This document shows, in pieces, positions 26,566 to 32,000 of a DNA stretch of 32,000 bases. How positions within the stretch are numbered: the first letter of the stretch is position 1; every line of letters begins with the position of its first letter. The DNA comes from Candidatus Saccharimonadota bacterium. GTDB taxonomy: Bacteria; Bacteroidota; Bacteroidia; Flavobacteriales; Blattabacteriaceae. The notes beneath the pieces are model-generated. The model made no database searches, was not told where the DNA came from, and saw nothing but the letters and a program-made list of their open reading frames with translations. The stretch spans positions 30,001 through 62,000 of the forward strand of contig CP099822.1 of NCBI GenBank assembly GCA_029851105.1. Direction: 5' to 3'. Made by a program: the position numbers and the translations under genes.

Positions 26566-28257
26566 ATGAATAAAAAAGAAAAAAAATTAAAAAAAATTAA
26601 TAATAATTTATTAAATAATTATTTAAATAAAATTAAAAAAATAAATGAATTAGAAATATGTAAAGGTAAAATTATAGATATAATAGATGATTATGTTATA
26701 ATAGATTTTAAATATAAATATGAAGGTATAATATCTTTAAATGAATTTAAAGATAAAAAAAAAAAAATTAAAATAGGAGATAAAAAAAAATTTATGATAA
26801 TTAAATTAGATTATAATGGTAATTGTTTATTATCTTATGAAAAAGCTAATATTTTAAAATCATGGATAAAAATAGAAAATGCTTATAAAAATAATAAAAT
26901 TTTAAAAGGTTATATAATATCTAGAACAAAAGGTGGATTTATAATAAATTTATATAAAAATATACCTAGTTTTTTACCTGGGTCTCATACTGATATAAAA
27001 GCTATTAAAGATTATGATTATTATGTAGGTAAAACAATAAATGTTAAAATTTTAAAAATTAATTATAAAAAAAAAAATATAATTGTATCACATAAAATTT
27101 TAATAGAAAAAGATATTGAAAATAAAAAACAAAAATTAATATCTACATTACAAGTAGGTCAAATAATAGAAGGTAAAGTTAAAAGTTTAATATCTTATGG
27201 TGCTTTTATTGATTTAGGTAATATAGATGGATTATTACATATAACAGATATATCATGGAAAAAAACAATAAATGCTTCTGATATATTAAAAGTAGGAGAA
27301 AAATATAATTTTCTAATTCTAGAAATAGATAAAAAAAAATTAAAAATTCAATTAGGATTAAAACAATTAACTACTAATCCATGGGATTTATTTAAAGATA
27401 AAATTAAAATAGGGGATATAATTAAAGGAAATATTACTTCTATTACTGATTATGGTGCTTTTGTAGAAATTAAAGAAGGGATAGAAGGATTATTACATGT
27501 TTCTGAAATGACTTGGGATAATCAATTAAAATCAGCTAAAAATTTTGTTAAATTAAATGATAAAATAAAATGTTTAATAATTAATATAGATAAAGAAAAT
27601 AAAAAAATATTTTTAAGTTTAAAAAGATTAAAAAAAGATCCTTGGATAAAAAAAATTAAAAAATATACTATAAACTCAAAACATAAAGGTAAAATAATAG
27701 AAATATTAAAAAATAATTATGGATTAAAAATAGAATTAGAAAAAAATATTTATGGAATTTTATATAATAAAGAAATATCTTGGTATTCAAATATAGATAA
27801 TTTATCTTCTATTTATAAAATAGGTGATAAAATAAAAGTAGTAATTTTATCTTTAGATTTAAAAATGAGAAAAATTATTTTAGGTCATAAACAATTAGAA
27901 AAAAATAAATGGGATGATTATAAAAAAATATATAAAGTTAATAGTATTAATTATGGTAATGTAGTTAATATTTATAAAAATGGTATTCTTTTAAAGAATA
28001 AAAAAAATAATATTTTAAATTTTTTTATACCTTCTAAATTTAGAAATAAAAAAATTTATAAAGTAGGTGAAGAAATAAAATTTAAAATTAAAAAAATTAA
28101 TATAGATTCAAAAATAATATTAGTATATCCTATATTAAAAAATAAATATTATAATAAAAAATATATTAAAAATATTTCTACTTTTGGTGATTTAGATGAA
28201 TTAAATATTCTTAAAAAGAAAATTGAAAAAGAAGAAAAAGAAAAAAATAAAATTTAA
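26566..28257 (+). CDS. rpsA: 30S ribosomal protein S1
   Basis: Repeated S1 domains, for example G.IIEGKVKSLISYGAFIDLGNIDGLLHITDISW and GDIIKGNITSITDYGAFVEIKEGIEGLLHVSEMTW. 563 aa. Confidence 0.94.
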   Translation: MNKKEKKLKKINNNLLNNYLNKIKKINELEICKGKIIDIIDDYVIIDFKYKYEGIISLNEFKDKKKKIKIGDKKKFMIIKLDYNGNCLLSYEKANILKSWIKIENAYKNNKILKGYIISRTKGGFIINLYKNIPSFLPGSHTDIKAIKDYDYYVGKTINVKILKINYKKKNIIVSHKILIEKDIENKKQKLISTLQVGQIIEGKVKSLISYGAFIDLGNIDGLLHITDISWKKTINASDILKVGEKYNFLILEIDKKKLKIQLGLKQLTTNPWDLFKDKIKIGDIIKGNITSITDYGAFVEIKEGIEGLLHVSEMTWDNQLKSAKNFVKLNDKIKCLIINIDKENKKIFLSLKRLKKDPWIKKIKKYTINSKHKGKIIEILKNNYGLKIELEKNIYGILYNKEISWYSNIDNLSSIYKIGDKIKVVILSLDLKMRKIILGHKQLEKNKWDDYKKIYKVNSINYGNVVNIYKNGILLKNKKNNILNFFIPSKFRNKKIYKVGEEIKFKIKKINIDSKIILVYPILKNKYYNKKYIKNISTFGDLDELNILKKKIEKEEKEKNKI

Positions 28258-28294
28258 TTTTTTTTTAAAAAAAAATATTAAATTAATTTTTAAA

Positions 28295-30877
28295 TTATAT
28301 TAAATAATATTTAATTTTTTTTTTATTATAAAAATTATAATTTTTATAATAAAAATTATTTTTTAATATTATATTTTTTTTATTTTTTTTATTTTTTTTA
28401 TTTTTTTTTTTTTTAAAATAACCAAAATAATATTTTTTTTTTTTATTATTCCATTTTTTAATTTTTTTTAAAAATTTTTTAAATATATAATATATATTAA
28501 ATTTAATATTATTTTTTTTAATTAAAAAAAATAATTTTTTAATAGCTCTAGTAGTAGCTACATATAAAAGATTTATATTATCTATTTGATTATTATAATA
28601 ATAATTATTAATTTTATTTTTAATATTTTTATATTTTAAAATATTTAAAAAAAAATTAATATCATTAATATAATTTAAATTTTTATTATTATATAATATA
28701 TTCCAATTTTTTATAAATAATATAACAATATTATATTCTAATCCTTTAGCTTTATGTATTGTAGTTATATTTATATTATTAATATTTTTATTTTTAATAA
28801 AAAATTTATTTTTATTTTTATTCCAAAAATTTATAAAGTTATTTTTATTATTTTTAATATTAAATTTATATATTATATTTAAAAAAAAAAAAATTAATTT
28901 AATTTTATTAAATTTTAATTTTTTAATAATATATTCAAAAAAATTATAAATATTTAATTTTAATAATTTTTTATAATTTATAATTAAATTATATTTTTTT
29001 AAAAATTTAAAAAAATAAAATAATTTATTTTTTAATTTTATAATTTTTTTTAAAAAAAAATCAATTTTTTTTTTTTTAAAAAATTTTAATTTAAATAATA
29101 AAATTATAAAATTAATACGATATTTTTTTTTTTTTTTATAAAAAAAAATTTTAAAAAATTCTATTAATATTTTAATATAAATAGTTTTATATAAAAGGAT
29201 ATTTTTATTAGAAAAATGAATATTTTTTTTTAATTTAATTTTGTTTATTAAATAATCTATATCTTTATTTTTTCTTACTAATATTATTATATCTTTACAT
29301 TTATAACCATTTTTTAAAATTTTATTTATAATATTAATTAATTTATTTATATTTTTTTTATAAAAATTAATTTCTACATATCCATTATTAATTTTATTAG
29401 TTAATTGAATAATAGTTTTTTTATAAATATTTTTATAATTTTTATTATAAATAAAATTAGTTATAAAATAAAATAAATTATTATTAAATTGTATTATATA
29501 ATAATAACTTCTAAAATTTTTTTTTAAAAAATAATTTTTAATATAATTTTTATTATATAAATTATTAATTTTATTTAATAAATTAATTGAATTTACATTT
29601 CTCCATCTATATATTGATTGTTTAATATCTCCAAAAAAAAAAATTTTACCATCTTCAGATAAAACATTTTTAAAAAAAAAATTTAATTTATTCCATTGAT
29701 AAATAGAAATATCTTGAAATTCATCTATTAAATAAATTTTATATAATTTATTAATAATTTCATATTTATATATATTATTATTATTTTTTTTTTTTTTATT
29801 TTTAATAAAATTTATTATACTAATTTTATTTATTTTTTTAAATATTTTATATAAAAAAAAAATATAAATATAATTTTTTAAAAAAAAATTATATAATATA
29901 TATTTAAATGATTTTTTTTTAATTAATTTTTTATATTTTAATAAAAATTTTTTAATAATATTTTTATTTTTTAAAATTTTTTTTTTTTGATTAATATTAA
30001 TTTTTTTAGAAAAAAAAATATTTTTTTTTAAATTATTAATTAATCTTTTATTAAAAAAAAAATTTAAAAAATATATATTATTAAATAATTTTATATTAAT
30101 TTTTTTATTAAAAACATTTATTATATCTTTATATATAAATGATTTTTTTTTTATTTTTTTTTTTTTTAAAAAATTAAAAAATTTTTTTTTTTTTTTAAAA
30201 AAAAATAATTTTATTTTTTTTTTTTTATATAAAATTTTTTTTTTTAAAAAAAATATTTTTTTTTTAAAATTTTTATTTTTATATAAATATAATAAATTCT
30301 TATTATTTAAAAATAATTTTATTTTTTTATATAAATTATATTTAATATTTAAAAATCCATTATTAATATTATTAAATATATATTTTTTTATAAAAAAATA
30401 TTTTTTCTTAATAAAAGATTTATATAAATAAAAATTTATATTTTTATTAATTAAATAATTAATATTTAAATAAAAATTAAAATAAATAAAAAAATTTATT
30501 TTTTTAAAAAAATTAAATTTAAAAATAAATTTATCTATTGTTAAAATTGAAAATTTTTCAAAAAATAATAATATATTTTTTAATATAATTTTAGATTTTA
30601 TATTTATTTCTTTATAAGTTAAAAAAAATTTTTTTTTAATTATTTTAAATAAAAAAAAATTATTAAATTTTTTATTAGATAATTTTTTTAAATAATTAAT
30701 TATTTTATTAAAAATTTCTAAATATGTTTTTTTAGTAAAAGTAATTATTAATATTTTAGAAAAAAAATTTATATTATGAAAATTTTTAAATAAATATAAA
30801 ATATAAATAATTATTAATTTATTAGTTTTACCTGTACCAGCTGATGAATTATATATTTTTATTTTTTTTTTTATCAT
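28295..30877 (-). CDS. SF1 (UvrD/AddA/RecB-type) DNA helicase, 860 aa, no recognisable nuclease domain
   Basis: Motifs in correct order:
- I: NSSAGTGKT (30824-30850)
- Ia: ILIITFTKKTYLEI
- Ib-like: LTIDKF
- II: YLIDEFQD (29711-29734)
- III: GDIKQSIYRWRN (29597-29632; the K-Q-S-I-Y-R form is typical of AddA/RecB rather than UvrD)
- IV: NFRS
- V: TTIHKAKGLEYN
- VI: LLYVATTRA (28544-28570)

The sequence between motifs is almost pure K/N/I/F/Y. Confidence 0.85.
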   Translation of the reverse strand: MIKKKIKIYNSSAGTGKTNKLIIIYILYLFKNFHNINFFSKILIITFTKKTYLEIFNKIINYLKKLSNKKFNNFFLFKIIKKKFFLTYKEINIKSKIILKNILLFFEKFSILTIDKFIFKFNFFKKINFFIYFNFYLNINYLINKNINFYLYKSFIKKKYFFIKKYIFNNINNGFLNIKYNLYKKIKLFLNNKNLLYLYKNKNFKKKIFFLKKKILYKKKKIKLFFFKKKKKFFNFLKKKKIKKKSFIYKDIINVFNKKINIKLFNNIYFLNFFFNKRLINNLKKNIFFSKKININQKKKILKNKNIIKKFLLKYKKLIKKKSFKYILYNFFLKNYIYIFFLYKIFKKINKISIINFIKNKKKKNNNNIYKYEIINKLYKIYLIDEFQDISIYQWNKLNFFFKNVLSEDGKIFFFGDIKQSIYRWRNVNSINLLNKINNLYNKNYIKNYFLKKNFRSYYYIIQFNNNLFYFITNFIYNKNYKNIYKKTIIQLTNKINNGYVEINFYKKNINKLINIINKILKNGYKCKDIIILVRKNKDIDYLINKIKLKKNIHFSNKNILLYKTIYIKILIEFFKIFFYKKKKKYRINFIILLFKLKFFKKKKIDFFLKKIIKLKNKLFYFFKFLKKYNLIINYKKLLKLNIYNFFEYIIKKLKFNKIKLIFFFLNIIYKFNIKNNKNNFINFWNKNKNKFFIKNKNINNINITTIHKAKGLEYNIVILFIKNWNILYNNKNLNYINDINFFLNILKYKNIKNKINNYYYNNQIDNINLLYVATTRAIKKLFFLIKKNNIKFNIYYIFKKFLKKIKKWNNKKKKYYFGYFKKKKNKKNKKNKKNIILKNNFYYKNYNFYNKKKIKYYLI

Positions 30878-31193
30878 TATTTTTATAATATTTTATAGCA
30901 TATTTATCCATTTTAATTATTAAAAATCTTATAATACGTTCATCTTGCAACATTTTATTATTAATTTTTTTAATTAAATTAGGATAACTTTTAAATATAA
31001 ATAAATAAAAAAAACCATTTTTATTTTTTTTAATTTCATAAGATAATTTTTTCATACCTAAATTTTTTTTTTTAAAAATTTTTATATTTTTTTTTTTAAA
31101 ATATTTTTTATATTCATTATATGAAATTTTAATTTGTTCTTCAGATAAAATAGAAGTAAATATTATTATTGTTTCATAATATTTTTTAATCAT
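30849..31193 (-). CDS. rpsF: 30S ribosomal protein S6
   Basis: YYETIIIFTSILSEEQI......Y...F......I......LG.KKLSYEIKKNKNGFFYLF.F follows the S6 pattern (HYE.V....P......V.......I...G..I.....WG.R.LAY.I.K...G.Y.L). It is on the strand opposite to rpsR-rplI. Confidence 0.88.
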   Translation of the reverse strand: MIKKYYETIIIFTSILSEEQIKISYNEYKKYFKKKNIKIFKKKNLGMKKLSYEIKKNKNGFFYLFIFKSYPNLIKKINNKMLQDERIIRFLIIKMDKYAIKYYKNNDKKKNKNI

Positions 31194-31257
31194 AATTAAT
31201 TTTAATTTTTACTAATTATTAGTTAATATAATTTAAAAATTTATTTTATAAAAAAAA

Positions 31258-31530
31258 ATGATTAATAATACTAATAAAAATAAATATTTATTACCATTAA
31301 ATATAAAATTTAAAAAAAAAAAAAAATTTTGTTTTTTTAAAAAAAATAAAATTAAATATATAGATTATAAAAATCCTAAATTTTTAATAAAATTTTTAAA
31401 TGAATTTGGGAAAATATTACCTAGAAGAATAACAGGAACTTCTAAAAAATATCAAATTTTATTAAATAAAGCTATTAAAAGATGTAGACATATTGGATTA
31501 TTACCATTTATAACTGATGGATTAAGATAA
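31258..31530 (+). CDS. rpsR: 30S ribosomal protein S18
   Basis: [53 protein letters not shown] is canonical S18. Confidence 0.94.
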
Positions 31531-31581
31531 TAATAATATTATTATATAATATAATATATAATTTTTTTTAAAAAAAAATAA

Positions 31582-32000
31582 ATGATAAAAATAATTTTAA
31601 AAAAAAAAATAAAAAAATTAGGTATTAAAAATGATATAAAATTAGTTAAAATAGGATATGCATTTAATTATTTAATACCTAAAAATTATGCTATAATAGC
31701 TACTAAATCAGAAATAAAAAAAAATAAAGAAATTATTAAACAAAAAATTAAAAAAAAAAATTATTTAATAAAAAAAAATAATAATAATATTAAATTAATA
31801 AAAAATAAAAAAATAATTTTTATTTTTAATAAAAAAAGAAATAAATATTTTAATTTAATTACAAAAAAAAAAATAATTAAAAAATTAAAAGAAAATAATA
31901 TTATTATAAAAGAAAAAAATATTTATTTAAAAAAAGAAATATATAATATTGGTAAATATAAAATTTTAATAAAATTAAATAAAAAAAAAATTTTTCTTAA
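31582..32000 (+). CDS. rplI: 50S ribosomal protein L9, N-terminal part (3' end outside window; not in ORF track)
   Basis: Hand translation from ATG 31582 is open to the window end: MIKIILKKKIKKLGIKNDIKLVKIGYAFNYLIPKNYAIIATKSE... This matches the L9 N-domain (M.VILL.DV..LG..G....VK.GYARNFL.P...A..AT). It follows rpsR as in the rpsR-rplI pair. Confidence 0.85.
   Translation, partial: MIKIILKKKIKKLGIKNDIKLVKIGYAFNYLIPKNYAIIATKSEIKKNKEIIKQKIKKKNYLIKKNNNNIKLIKNKKIIFIFNKKRNKYFNLITKKKIIKKLKENNIIIKEKNIYLKKEIYNIGKYKILIKLNKKKIFL

Noticed and set aside
28258-28275. T9A9 perfect palindrome between the convergent rpsA and helicase genes, possibly a bidirectional terminator.
   Set aside because: It is a pure A/T homopolymer pair with no loop and negligible stem stability. 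Such runs are everywhere in this sequence.
28373-28414. A 9-nt tandem repeat (ATTTTTTTT x3 followed by A+T14), encoding (KKN)n near the helicase C-terminus.
   Set aside because: It is an in-frame microsatellite in a low-complexity tail. It is most simply replication slippage without function. It could be strain-polymorphic but is not a structured element.
1-32000. Possible UGA-to-Trp recoding (table 4), as in other tiny AT-rich symbionts.
   Set aside because: All 44 genes are full length under the standard code. Every Trp in conserved positions is TGG (for example the S14 C-terminal W, the DnaJ and ValRS W residues, and WNISRQLNWGH). The single TGA sits where L6 is expected to end. A genome under this AT pressure that had reassigned UGA would show many TGA Trp codons.
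1-32000. Searched for CRISPR arrays, IS or transposase genes, integrases, toxin-antitoxin pairs, restriction-modification or other defence genes, and phage remnants.
   Set aside because: Every ORF of 100 aa or more is accounted for by a housekeeping family. There are no regularly spaced repeats, no inverted terminal repeats and no unassigned multi-gene block.

Overview
This window is extremely AT-rich (roughly low-teens % G+C by eye, not computed). By my tally of the gaps it is about 97% coding: about 955 nt of spacer in total, with the largest spacer 82 nt. It looks like a piece of a highly reduced bacterial genome, most likely an insect endosymbiont of the Bacteroidota/Flavobacteriales.

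Lineage signatures:
- grpE-dnaJ adjacent without dnaK
- infA-rpmJ embedded in the r-protein cluster
- an 89-aa S14 starting MAKES
- L32 starting MAHPK
- L36 ending PRFKQKQG
- A-rich, Shine-Dalgarno-free start contexts

I can support 44 protein genes, two of them truncated by the window edges.
- 1-7868: the distal S10/spc/alpha ribosomal-protein cluster, rpsC to rplQ.
- 7884-32000: translation and housekeeping genes, namely valS, rbfA, grpE, dnaJ, mnmA, an MtaB-like methylthiotransferase, prmC, ligA, truA, rpmF, a DUF177 gene, trxB, rho, lysS, rnpA, pth, prfA, pheS, rlmB, rpsA, an AddA/RecB-type SF1 helicase, rpsF, rpsR and rplI.

No rRNA, tRNA, CRISPR array, mobile element, toxin or defence locus is visible. 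No spacer is long enough and G/C-containing enough to hide an RNA gene. The standard code (table 11) fits: all Trp codons are TGG and there is one TGA stop.

I do not see a convincing new multi-gene system here. The observations worth a second look are reductive-evolution oddities:
- secY/map, rpmC and rpmD are missing from their canonical slots.
- DnaJ has lost exactly zinc centre I while keeping zinc centre II.
- Rho has no N-terminal helix bundle.
- LigA has no BRCT domain.
- An 860-aa AddA-like helicase keeps every SF1 motif but has no nuclease domain.
- rpsF is inverted away from rpsR-rplI.
- In-frame homopolymers of 15-20 nt sit inside essential genes.
- A single clean hairpin+T-tract terminator follows mnmA.
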